Assembly: GCF_055900595.2 (NCBI RefSeq)
Contig: NZ_CM148325.1
Direction: 5' to 3' (one strand)
DNA length: 64,000 nt
Numbering within the stretch: the first letter of the stretch is position 1; the number at the start of each line of letters is the position of its first letter. Position numbers and translations under genes: made by a program. Below the pieces are notes generated by a model that worked only from the letters and a program-made list of their open reading frames with translations, did not search any database and was not told the DNA's origin. Below, piece by piece: positions 53,695-62,876 of this stretch.

Positions 53695-54243
53695 TTATTG
53701 ATACTGAACCTTGAAGGTCGCATCCGCATTAGCAGCACCTGGGGTTGCGGCACCGGTTGCAAAGTAACGCGCCTGGAACGGAATGGTGTTAGTACCGTTA
53801 TTCAGGGTTGTTTCTGCACTAAATGTCGCACCGTCCAGCGCCAGCGCAGCACCGGTTCTGTCCAGAATTTGCACACCAACATTTGTTGCGCTACCTGCAG
53901 CAGAACTCTGCAGAGCCAGAACGTTGGTATGAGTCGCATCAATCGCCGTACCTAAAAAGGCAACAGCGGCTTTTGATGCAACATTGGTATCGCAATCATT
54001 CAGCTGAATGTTAAAACCGACAGCAGAACTGGTTGCTCCGTCCTGTGCCAGCGATGCGGTACGAACCTGTCCTAACTGAACGGTTTGATCAACAGAGCCT
54101 GCATCAACTGCGCAAGCGGCGTTAACAACTTCCCCTTTAAAGTGAACGGTCCCACCATTAACCGTCGTGGCAGCGGCCAGAGCCGCTGTAGAACTGAGGG
54201 ACAGAGCCGACAGAACAACGATTGCCAGAGTTTTAATTTTCAT
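53695..54243 (-). CDS. fimA: type 1 fimbrial major subunit FimA
   Basis: ORF track 53695..54393; start at in-frame [23 protein letters not shown] (aa 51) giving 182 aa. Confidence 0.9.
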   Translation of the reverse strand: MKIKTLAIVVLSALSLSSTAALAAATTVNGGTVHFKGEVVNAACAVDAGSVDQTVQLGQVRTASLAQDGATSSAVGFNIQLNDCDTNVASKAAVAFLGTAIDATHTNVLALQSSAAGSATNVGVQILDRTGAALALDGATFSAETTLNNGTNTIPFQARYFATGAATPGAANADATFKVQYQ

Positions 54244-54361
54244 GCTGCTTTCCTTTAAAAAAACTGTTTCTAAATCGACATGGGCAGTCGTTCTGTACAC
54301 TTTGTTTTGAAACGAATTGGACTGCCAACACTGCGCAGTTCTTCCCCAAAAGATGAAACAT

Positions 54362-54675
54362 TTGGGGCCATTTTGACTCATAGAGGAAAGCATTACGCAC
54401 GAACTTTCTTAGTTTATTATTTGGATTTATATTCTATTAATACATTCTTTTATAGATTTTTATATTGAGCGCGGTGGTTTTTGGAGAGGTGAATGAGGAA
54501 GTTGCTTCGAGACACAGAAACGTTAACTTTACCTATAGCGGAGGTGATGTGAAATTAATTCATAAGAGAAACAATTTACATATCAAACAGTTAGTTGCTT
54601 TATATCGTTTTTTTATATTTTTATGCTTGAGAACAAATACAAAACTTTTTTATGATATGGACAGTTTGGCCCCAA
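54362..54675. promoter_or_regulatory. fimS: fimS invertible phase-variation switch (314 bp) bounded by 9-bp inverted repeats TTGGGGCCA / TGGCCCCAA; contains the fimA promoter
   Basis: Both 9-bp inverted repeats read directly; their spacing gives exactly 314 bp, lying between fimE and fimA as expected. Confidence 0.85.
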
Positions 54676-54722
54676 TTGTCTTATATTTCTTTATCTTTTC
54701 ATATTATTATCAATAAGTTACA

Positions 54723-55319
54723 TCAGGCATCTTCTCTTTTTAATTTTTCGTTTATGAGATTATTTCTTTCCCATAATCCGGCAAAACGTGCAGCATTACT
54801 GGCGGTATAACGCACAGTATGGCGAATATTTCGATGCCCGAGATAATCCTGAATTAAACGGGTATCTGCACCACGCTCCGCCAGTTCATAACCGCAAGCA
54901 TGCCTTAACATATGAGGATGAGTCTGCGTCACGGTTCCAGCTTCAATACCGGCATCGCGAATAATGCGATAGGCCTGCTGGCGAGAAAGTCGACTCCCGC
55001 GGCGAGAAATAAATATGGCGTCGGTCTGGTCAGCGCCTTTCCAGTTAGTACGTTCCTGGGTCCAGCGCTCCACAGCTTCACGCTCATCAAAACGTAACGG
55101 GTGAACGGTAGAAAATCCGTTCTTCAGTCGGCGGATATTTATTCGACCTTCGTTAAGGTCAAGATCCTGATAATGCAGATCAAGCAGTTCACTAATACGC
55201 ATCCCATGCCGATATGCCAACAAAATTAGGCAATAATCTCTGGCTCCCGTTGCCCCGTAACAAACCGCCTGCATCATGTCCTGAACTTCTTTACCGGTAA
55301 GATAACGACGTTTACTCAC
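54723..55319 (-). CDS. fimE: tyrosine recombinase FimE (fim switch ON-to-OFF)
   Basis: 198 aa phage-integrase-family recombinase; the ORF track M corresponds to a GTG start; 3' end abuts fimS. Confidence 0.9.
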   Translation of the reverse strand: MSKRRYLTGKEVQDMMQAVCYGATGARDYCLILLAYRHGMRISELLDLHYQDLDLNEGRINIRRLKNGFSTVHPLRFDEREAVERWTQERTNWKGADQTDAIFISRRGSRLSRQQAYRIIRDAGIEAGTVTQTHPHMLRHACGYELAERGADTRLIQDYLGHRNIRHTVRYTASNAARFAGLWERNNLINEKLKREDA

Positions 55320-55796
55320 AATAGTAGTACTCCTGACTGAGATATATTTGAATGAATACCTATAGGAAACCTCGATCGGTTAAAATTAGCCCAATAGATA
55401 AAAAGATAACCACACATGAAGTGATGTGGCTATCAGTCAATTACATTAAATATCATACAAAAATAAAATATCACTGATGTGACAACATCTATTTTCATTG
55501 ATTTGATTCAATATAACAATAGATTGCAGCGGATTAACTTCCAGTTGCTTAAAAAATAAAGAAAAAAGTGCAGAAACAGGAGAACTTGAGTGATGTGTAA
55601 ATTTATGAATGATTTTGTTTATTTATTTTGAAGAACATAAACCATTGTATTTTGTATGGATATGGTTAACTTAATGTTTATTATGATAATTAAGAATCAC
55701 ACTTACAATAACATCAATTAATAAATGGTTAATCATTTTTGATATATCGTAAGAATAATGTATTATTTAACACCATCCCTGGTATCTCATCTATCT

Positions 55797-56399
55797 CTAT
55801 AAAACAGCGTGATGCTGTCGTCCTCTGGCTCTATCCCAGATGCCGTAAAAACGCCCTGCATTGCTGGCGGTATACCAGACAGTATGACGAATATTGCGAT
55901 GTCCAAGATAATCCTGGATAAGTCGTGTATCTATTCCCATATTCGCCAAAGCAAAACCACACGAATGGCGTAACATATGCGGATGAATCTCCAGTGATAA
56001 CCCAGCATTACCACCAGAAGTCGAGATAATATGGTAAAACTGTTGCCGAGAAAGCGGGTTCCCCTTACGTGATAAAAATACCCACTCGCTCTCAGCATGC
56101 GGATAAGAAGTACGTATACTCAACCAGTTTTTTAAAGCCTGAACTTCTTTGTTCAATAGCGGGTGCGTTGTTGAAAAGCCTTTTTTTAATCGATGGATAT
56201 ATATACACTTTGCCTTAAGATCAATATCCGAAATCCTCAATCGACAAATTTCACTCGCCCGGAAACCATGAATAAAACAAAGCAAAGTCAGACAATAATT
56301 ACGTGCTGCATGAGGCCCGGTATTTGCTGCTTTAAGGAGTGACTCGATTTCACTATGGGTCAGGAAGTTCCTTTTTTTGTTATCAGCCTTATTCTTCAT
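55797..56399 (-). CDS. fimB: tyrosine recombinase FimB (bidirectional fim switch recombinase)
   Basis: 200 aa; paralogous to fimE (HPHMLRH ... LIQDYLGHRNIRHTV in both). Confidence 0.9.
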   Translation of the reverse strand: MKNKADNKKRNFLTHSEIESLLKAANTGPHAARNYCLTLLCFIHGFRASEICRLRISDIDLKAKCIYIHRLKKGFSTTHPLLNKEVQALKNWLSIRTSYPHAESEWVFLSRKGNPLSRQQFYHIISTSGGNAGLSLEIHPHMLRHSCGFALANMGIDTRLIQDYLGHRNIRHTVWYTASNAGRFYGIWDRARGRQHHAVL

Positions 56400-57412
56400 C
56401 GTTTTCCCTTATAATTACAGACGCGCACTAGCTGTGCTGGGTTAGCAATAATCCAACATTTTAATCCTGATTATGTTTATAAAAGCGAACGTTTGCTTAA
56501 TAACTAACGTAAGTGGACCAGTTCTTCTGAGTGAACTTAAATGGAGTAGCGATAGTTACTTATAATAACTTTGCCATACAAACGCCATGCTCTTGCATGC
56601 TATGTACCTTTATATATTTATCAATGTGATACGAATCTAATAATAACCCTCATCATTAATGCAACTAATCTTATCTATATATCATGTGATATGTTCTGTA
56701 ACAAGTAAAATCAACATAAAAAATTCAGCAAAATTTAATATTCGTTCAACTAGCCGTCTCACATATGACATTATTAGTCAACTGCATTTGCCACAAAATG
56801 GCTATTTCATGGAACGCAGTAATTTCTTAGCGTCTATTATCATGCTAATTCTTAGGTCCCTAGCGATTATTCCTGTCTGGTTCGTCAACTCACGCCATGA
56901 GATTGTTATATTCCTTTTTATCATGGAGATATGGGGGAAAGCAGGCGACGCTTTTTCATCTACATTCATTGGTAAATATGGCTTTGGTCACTACGTCTTA
57001 AACCTTCTTCAATCACAGCTATTCGCCGGGCGCTACGGCAAACAAACTAAGTGAAGCATCATCCTGAAAACACCATCATCAACAAGCCTCTCCAGATCGA
57101 CTTCAGAAGTGACCAGTTACAAGCCACAAACCTGGAAACATATTTCATGATGAGAATTATGCTCAGCCTGATGGCGGGTAAACACTTATTTTCACCAAGC
57201 TCACTGAGTTAGCTTGCAAAGCTTTCCTTGTTTAGATTCTAAATAAATTATCTATAAAACAGATAGTTAAAAGAAAATCTTTAGTTTTTGAAGACCACCG
57301 CAAGTGTTCGTCTGGCTTCACATGGCATCTTCCTCTTAGAAAAAGATCGACATATTTTGTGACACGAATTGCAAATCTGGTTTTGTTGTATGGATTGCGT
57401 GATTTTTGATCT

Positions 57413-57435
57413 GGTATAACAGGTATAAAGGTGCA
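57413..57435. promoter_or_regulatory. NanR-type operator (tandem GGTATA hexamers: GGTATAACAGGTATAAAGGTGCA)
   Basis: Two exact GGTATA hexamers plus a degenerate third, read directly in the large fimB-nanC intergenic region upstream of nanC. Coordinates approximate. Confidence 0.5.
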
Positions 57436-57851
57436 CCACGATAGTCAATGAGACTGGGCATCTCGAAATCTATGGCAAACATCACTTCAGTTCTTTCACA
57501 TCGGGTGATGAAAATGCACTTCAGTCTGAAAGGAATATGAAAATGAGATCAACAGACACTCTATTTTATGACTCTGGGTAAAATGGATTGAGTAAGTGAT
57601 ATCGCTTACGAACATTCAAATCAATCAAACATCAGAAGAGATTTTATACTCAGGTATTTAATCTGGATCTCTGTTTATTTAAATAATGTGGAAAGAGATT
57701 TTTCACAGGAGACATTATACAAAAAATATAAAATACAGCTATCGGTTGCCAAAGACACTATAAGCCTGGCAAAAAATATTACACAACATAAATGCTAATT
57801 GTTTATGCGGGCTTTGTATTGCTTTCTGTATCCTACAAATGAGTGAAATTT

Positions 57852-58568
57852 ATGAAAAAGGCTAAAATACTTTCTGGCGTATTATTACTGTGCTTTTCGT
57901 CACCATTAATTTCTCAAGCTGCGACACTGGACGTACGTGGTGGATATCGTAGTGGAAGCCACGCCTATGAGACTCGACTCAAAGTCAGTGAGGGATGGCA
58001 AAATGGATGGTGGGCAAGCATGGAAAGTAATACCTGGAATACCATTCATGATAATAAAAAGGAAAATGCCGCACTCAATGATGTTCAGGTTGAAGTTAAT
58101 TACGCGATTAAACTTGATGATCAATGGACGGTGCGCCCGGGAATGTTAACGCATTTTAGCAGCAACGGCACACGCTACGGACCCTACGTAAAACTGTCCT
58201 GGGACGCGACAAAAGATCTTAATTTTGGCATTCGCTATCGTTACGACTGGAAAGCTTACCGACAACAAGACTTATCCGGTGAGATGTCTCGTGATAACGT
58301 TCATCGTTGGGATGGATATGTCACTTACCATATTAATAGTGATTTCACCTTCGCATGGCAAACGACGCTATACAGCAAACAAAACGATTATCGCTATGCA
58401 AACCATAAGAAATGGGCGACGGAAAATGCATTTGTTCTACAATACCATATGACGCCTGATATTACGCCATACATAGAATATGACTACCTTGACCGTCAGG
58501 GTGTTTATAACGGCAGAGATAATTTATCAGAAAACAGTTATCGCATTGGTGTGTCATTTAAACTGTAG
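57852..58568 (+). CDS. nanC: N-acetylneuraminic acid outer membrane channel NanC (KdgM family)
   Basis: ORF track 57843..58568 (GTG); start set at in-frame ATG MKKAKILSGVLLL (aa 4) giving 238 aa. Confidence 0.9.
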   Translation: MKKAKILSGVLLLCFSSPLISQAATLDVRGGYRSGSHAYETRLKVSEGWQNGWWASMESNTWNTIHDNKKENAALNDVQVEVNYAIKLDDQWTVRPGMLTHFSSNGTRYGPYVKLSWDATKDLNFGIRYRYDWKAYRQQDLSGEMSRDNVHRWDGYVTYHINSDFTFAWQTTLYSKQNDYRYANHKKWATENAFVLQYHMTPDITPYIEYDYLDRQGVYNGRDNLSENSYRIGVSFKL

Positions 58569-58587
58569 TAGACAGGAGACAGTCACA

Positions 58588-59694
58588 ATGAATAAAACAA
58601 TAACGGCGCTTGCTATCATGATGGCTTCATTTGCCGCAAACGCGTCTGTATTACCGGAAACTCCGGTGCCATTTAAAAGTGGTACCGGAGCAATTGATAA
58701 CGACACTGTCTACATTGGTTTAGGTAGCGCAGGTACGGCATGGTACAAGCTGGATACACAGGCCAAAGATAAAAAATGGACAGCGTTAGCTGCATTCCCT
58801 GGTGGGGCGAGAGATCAAGCAACCTCTGCATTTATTGATGGCAATCTGTACGTATTTGGCGGCATTGGCAAAAACAGCGAAGGCTTGACTCAGGTATTTA
58901 ATGACGTACACAAATACAACCCCAAAACCAATAGCTGGGTTAAATTGATGTCGCACGCGCCGATGGGCATGGCGGGCCATGTGACTTTTGTACACAACGG
59001 CAAGGCTTATGTTACTGGCGGTGTTAACCAAAATATCTTTAATGGCTATTTTGAAGATCTCAACGAAGCTGGAAAAGATTCAACCGCTATAGAGAAAATC
59101 AACGCCCACTATTTTGACAAAAAAGCAGAAGATTATTTCTTCAATAAGTTTCTGTTGTCTTTTGATCCCTCTACACAGCAATGGAGTTACGCTGGCGAAT
59201 CTCCCTGGTACGGGACGGCTGGTGCAGCGGTTGTGAATAAAGGCGATAAAACCTGGCTTATTAATGGTGAAGCCAAACCAGGACTACGAACGGATGCCGT
59301 ATTTGAACTTGATTTCACCGGTAATAATTTAAAATGGAATAAACTTGCTCCCGTCTCATCACCAGATGGCGTTGCTGGCGGTTTTGCGGGGATAAGCAAT
59401 GACTCACTTATATTTGCCGGAGGGGCCGGATTCAAAGGTTCACGAGAAAATTACCAGAACGGTAAGAACTATGCGCATGAAGGCCTGAAAAAATCATATA
59501 GCACTGATATTCATCTTTGGCATAACGGGAAATGGGATAAATCGGGCGAATTGTCGCAAGGTCGGGCCTACGGAGTATCATTGCCCTGGAATAATAGTCT
59601 ATTGATTATTGGCGGTGAAACTGCAGGCGGCAAAGCGGTAACGGATTCAGTATTGATCTCTGTGAAGGATAATAAAGTCACAGTGCAAAACTAA
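58588..59694 (+). CDS. nanM: N-acetylneuraminate epimerase NanM (Kelch-repeat beta-propeller)
   Basis: ORF track 58480..59694; start at in-frame MNKTITALAIMMASFAANA (aa 37) giving 368 aa. Confidence 0.9.
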   Translation: MNKTITALAIMMASFAANASVLPETPVPFKSGTGAIDNDTVYIGLGSAGTAWYKLDTQAKDKKWTALAAFPGGARDQATSAFIDGNLYVFGGIGKNSEGLTQVFNDVHKYNPKTNSWVKLMSHAPMGMAGHVTFVHNGKAYVTGGVNQNIFNGYFEDLNEAGKDSTAIEKINAHYFDKKAEDYFFNKFLLSFDPSTQQWSYAGESPWYGTAGAAVVNKGDKTWLINGEAKPGLRTDAVFELDFTGNNLKWNKLAPVSSPDGVAGGFAGISNDSLIFAGGAGFKGSRENYQNGKNYAHEGLKKSYSTDIHLWHNGKWDKSGELSQGRAYGVSLPWNNSLLIIGGETAGGKAVTDSVLISVKDNKVTVQN

Positions 59695-59758
59695 CGCTTC
59701 AGGGCCCCAGTAAAGGGGCTCTGCTATCAATTTGCCATTTCAATTACGCGAAAATTAT

Positions 59759-60559
59759 ATGAACGCAATAATATCGCCCGATTATTACTATGTTCTTACC
59801 GTTGCCGGTCAGTCTAATGCCATGGCGTATGGCGAAGGACTGCCATTACCGGACAGGGAAGATGCGCCTCATCCCAAAATTAAACAATTAGCGAGATTCG
59901 CGCATACGCATCCCGGAGGCCCCTCATGTCACTTTAACGACATTATTCCACTAACTCACTGCCCACACGATGTTCAGGATATGCAGGGTTATCACCATCC
60001 TCTGGCAACGAATCATCAAACACAGTACGGCACCGTTGGCCAGGCACTGCATATTGCACGGAAATTACTGCCCTTTATTCCTGATAATGCAGGGGTTCTC
60101 ATCGTTCCGTGTTGCCGTGGCGGATCGGCTTTTACCGCGGGCAGCGAAGGGACATATTCAGAACGGCACGGAGCCAGCCATGATGCTTGTCGTTGGGGAA
60201 CGGATACTCCGCTATACCAGGATTTAGTCAGCAGAACGCGAGCCGCACTGGCAAAAAATCCGCAGAACAAATTCCTCGGCGTATGCTGGATGCAAGGCGA
60301 ATTTGACTTAATGGCCAGTGACTACGCGTTACACCCTCAACACTTTAATCATATGGTTAAAGCCTTTCGTAGGGATCTAAAACAATACCATTCTCAGCTT
60401 AATAAAATTACTGACGCGCCGTGGTTTTGCGGCGATACCACCTGGTACTGGAAAGAAAATTTCCCTCATGCGTATGAAGCTATTTATGGCAATTATCAAA
60501 ATAATGTTTTAGCCAATATTATTTTCGTCGACTTCCAGCAACAAGGTGAAGAGGACTGA
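59759..60559 (+). CDS. nanS: 9-O-acetyl-N-acetylneuraminate esterase NanS, apparently C-terminally truncated by a frameshift (266 aa)
   Basis: Start at in-frame MNAIISPDYYYVLTVAGQSNA (aa 10 of ORF 59732..60559). The frame ends at ...FVDFQQQGEED, while a second frame continues without a start codon (TNAPDEDPDDLSTGY ... ILQFWRER, stop near 60728). Confidence 0.7.
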   Translation: MNAIISPDYYYVLTVAGQSNAMAYGEGLPLPDREDAPHPKIKQLARFAHTHPGGPSCHFNDIIPLTHCPHDVQDMQGYHHPLATNHQTQYGTVGQALHIARKLLPFIPDNAGVLIVPCCRGGSAFTAGSEGTYSERHGASHDACRWGTDTPLYQDLVSRTRAALAKNPQNKFLGVCWMQGEFDLMASDYALHPQHFNHMVKAFRRDLKQYHSQLNKITDAPWFCGDTTWYWKENFPHAYEAIYGNYQNNVLANIIFVDFQQQGEED

Positions 60560-60799
60560 CGAACGCGCCTGATGAAGATCCAGACGATTTAAGCACGGGA
60601 TATTTCGGCTCAGCGTACCGGTCAGCGGAGAACTGGACGACGTCACTGCGAAGCAGTCATTTCAGCGCGGCAGCCCGTCGGGGGATTATTTCTGACAGGT
60701 TTGTAGAAGCAATTTTGCAGTTTTGGCGCGAAAGGTGAGCGTTCATTAATTTGATTTATTCGCATCCATCAACGCTTTTAACTGCTCCGGCGTGCGGCA

Positions 60800-61560
60800 C
60801 TATAATGGTTTTCACAACAAGGAGCCATTTTCTTATACCACTTTCAGAGACCATCCGCTTATGCCACCGCCCTCTACGCAACTGTTTGCAGAGCACCTTC
60901 CCACCGAGTGGATACAGCACCTCCTGACGCTTTCTGCTCATGCGACCATTTGTCGTCTTAACCTGAGCGCGGATGGCGAAGCGGGGATTAGCCTGCTGGC
61001 CCGCAGCGCTGTCACCCAGGAGCGCCAGCGCGTGGGGGCCCCCTGGTGGAATGGCTCTTCCGCCAGACCGCACAGACATGGGGCGCGGAACGTTACCTGA
61101 AGGATGACTGGCACGGCCTGCAACTTTTTGCCATTGATGGCGCACAGTTCAGGACACCTATGAACCTGAGTTGCGTGAATATTATGGCTCTGCCAACACA
61201 TCCACTGAGCGGCAGAGCGCCTACCCGGTCATGCGTCTGGTGGCGTTAATGAATCTGGGAATCACATTCGGCTGAATGCCATGACCGCGGCCTACCGGCG
61301 GAGCGATACAGCGTGAGGCAACTAAAGCGGCGTCAGAAATCAGCTTTAAGTTCGCATTCCTGTTTATCGTGACAGAAATGATAGTGCAGGGAAATACGGC
61401 GTCACCAGGAACCATCCCGAAACGGCTGGAGCATCTGCGGGGTGCTCTGGAAGCGGTGTTCCCACGACTATCAAGGCCGAGGGCTGTTAAGGTATCAAAA
61501 ACCCGTTATCCGGTGAAACACAGTGCTGCCCCGCTTAAGTGACGGCATTGTGTTTCTGAC
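60800..61560 (+). mobile_element. degenerate IS4-family transposase remnant (frameshifted, truncated)
   Basis: Fragmentary frames on the + strand contain IS4-transposase-like segments (VEWLFRQTAQTWGAE ... WHGLQLFAIDGAQFRTP; QSAYPVMRLVALMNLGITF) resembling the N-terminal region of IS4 transposase as I recall it. No intact ORF and no terminal inverted repeats identified. Coordinates approximate. Confidence 0.55.
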
Positions 61561-61712
61561 TGGCCTTAACTTTCCCTGAATCTCTGACGATCCTCACCAT
61601 TGATATTTTCTTCATTCCTCACCAGAGAAATAAAAAATCACTATACTCATCAAAATATGATGATTACCTTTATTCAGGTGATCACCTTACTATTTTATAC
61701 GGAAAATAAATC

Positions 61713-62363
61713 ATGAATATCCGTCAATCATTACATGACCGAATCTATGCAGAATACCCTCAACAGGCTAAAGATATATTACTGTATTTCCCCACTTATG
61801 AAATTATGCCATCGACCATAAAAATGGTTATGATTAATGAGGTGGTAGCTATAACACCGCAAGAAGATTTTTATACACCAGAGTCTGGTTATTTTACGAC
61901 TGTCGCCCGACAGTTAGCGCTGGCTGGATTATCGGCAAGTAGTGGCGAAGTCTTACTCAACCATGGTATCTACCTGACCTCCGCACTGAAACTACCTAAA
62001 ACACAGATCACAGCCACACCCGCGGAGATCATTCTCTGGTCACCTATTGTAGAATGGGAGCTCGAACTCTTTGCCAATATAAAAGTTATTTTCGTTGGCG
62101 GCGATATCGCGCGAAAATGCCTTAACATCATCGCGAAAAAGCAAACACGTAAACATGCCATCCCTTCAACTCCGACGTACAAACTGATGAATAGCGAATT
62201 AGTCTGGAAAGGAATAAGCATACTTCCTGGATATATTCTTACCGGAAAAAACCTGCTCATTGAAAAGTCAAAAATCGAAATGAATGTCGAACAATTAAGA
62301 AAAGGAATTGCGATTTATCGCAATAGTAACAGTAACCATACGAATAATTCAGTTCATGAATAA
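61713..62363 (+). CDS. hypothetical protein (216 aa), AT-rich orphan
   Basis: Complete ORF in an AT-rich segment between the IS remnant and the helicase gene; no recognisable motif. Confidence 0.45.
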   Translation: MNIRQSLHDRIYAEYPQQAKDILLYFPTYEIMPSTIKMVMINEVVAITPQEDFYTPESGYFTTVARQLALAGLSASSGEVLLNHGIYLTSALKLPKTQITATPAEIILWSPIVEWELELFANIKVIFVGGDIARKCLNIIAKKQTRKHAIPSTPTYKLMNSELVWKGISILPGYILTGKNLLIEKSKIEMNVEQLRKGIAIYRNSNSNHTNNSVHE

Positions 62364-62876
62364 GAGATGAATCATTAATAACAAGAAATCACTGACAAAC
62401 CACCTGTAAAAGGTCAATCATTTTAGTTCAATTTCCTTTGTCATGATTATATTTTTATCGTCCTGACGATACTATTAACAATTACAATATTTATACCCTC
62501 CCCTGAACAAACAGAAAAGAACTCATACATTCGTTTATAATTCTGGTAATCCTGGCATCATACGTTTAAAATTTAAGGTGTTTGTTTTATAATCATGGTT
62601 CCAAAGACTATTGGTCACCAGAAAATGCCAGCCTTTTCGTGCCAGCTATATTTGTCCAGTGTGTTACCCCATCCAAAAATCATCCACATCCTGATGTTAC
62701 GTTAGATATAGAGAAAACAGGTTGTACTGTGCAATATGCTAACCGCATAAGCGAATATAATTTCTAAGCTGATATTGTCTGGCTGTTGGGAGCTAAACAA
62801 TATAAATATCGCCAGTTGCCAGAACGGTTATATAGACCAGGAGCGTTTCGGCTCCTGGTCTGTTTCGGACATATTA

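Noticed and set aside
56659-57054. 131-aa ORF in the fimB-nanC intergenic region
   Set aside because: Falls in the large AT-rich regulatory intergenic region; low-complexity hydrophobic product, no ribosome-binding site noticed, likely a chance ORF.
62582-62767. 61-aa ORF in the AT-rich flank downstream of the 216-aa orphan gene
   Set aside because: No ribosome-binding site or recognisable features; not enough evidence to call a gene.
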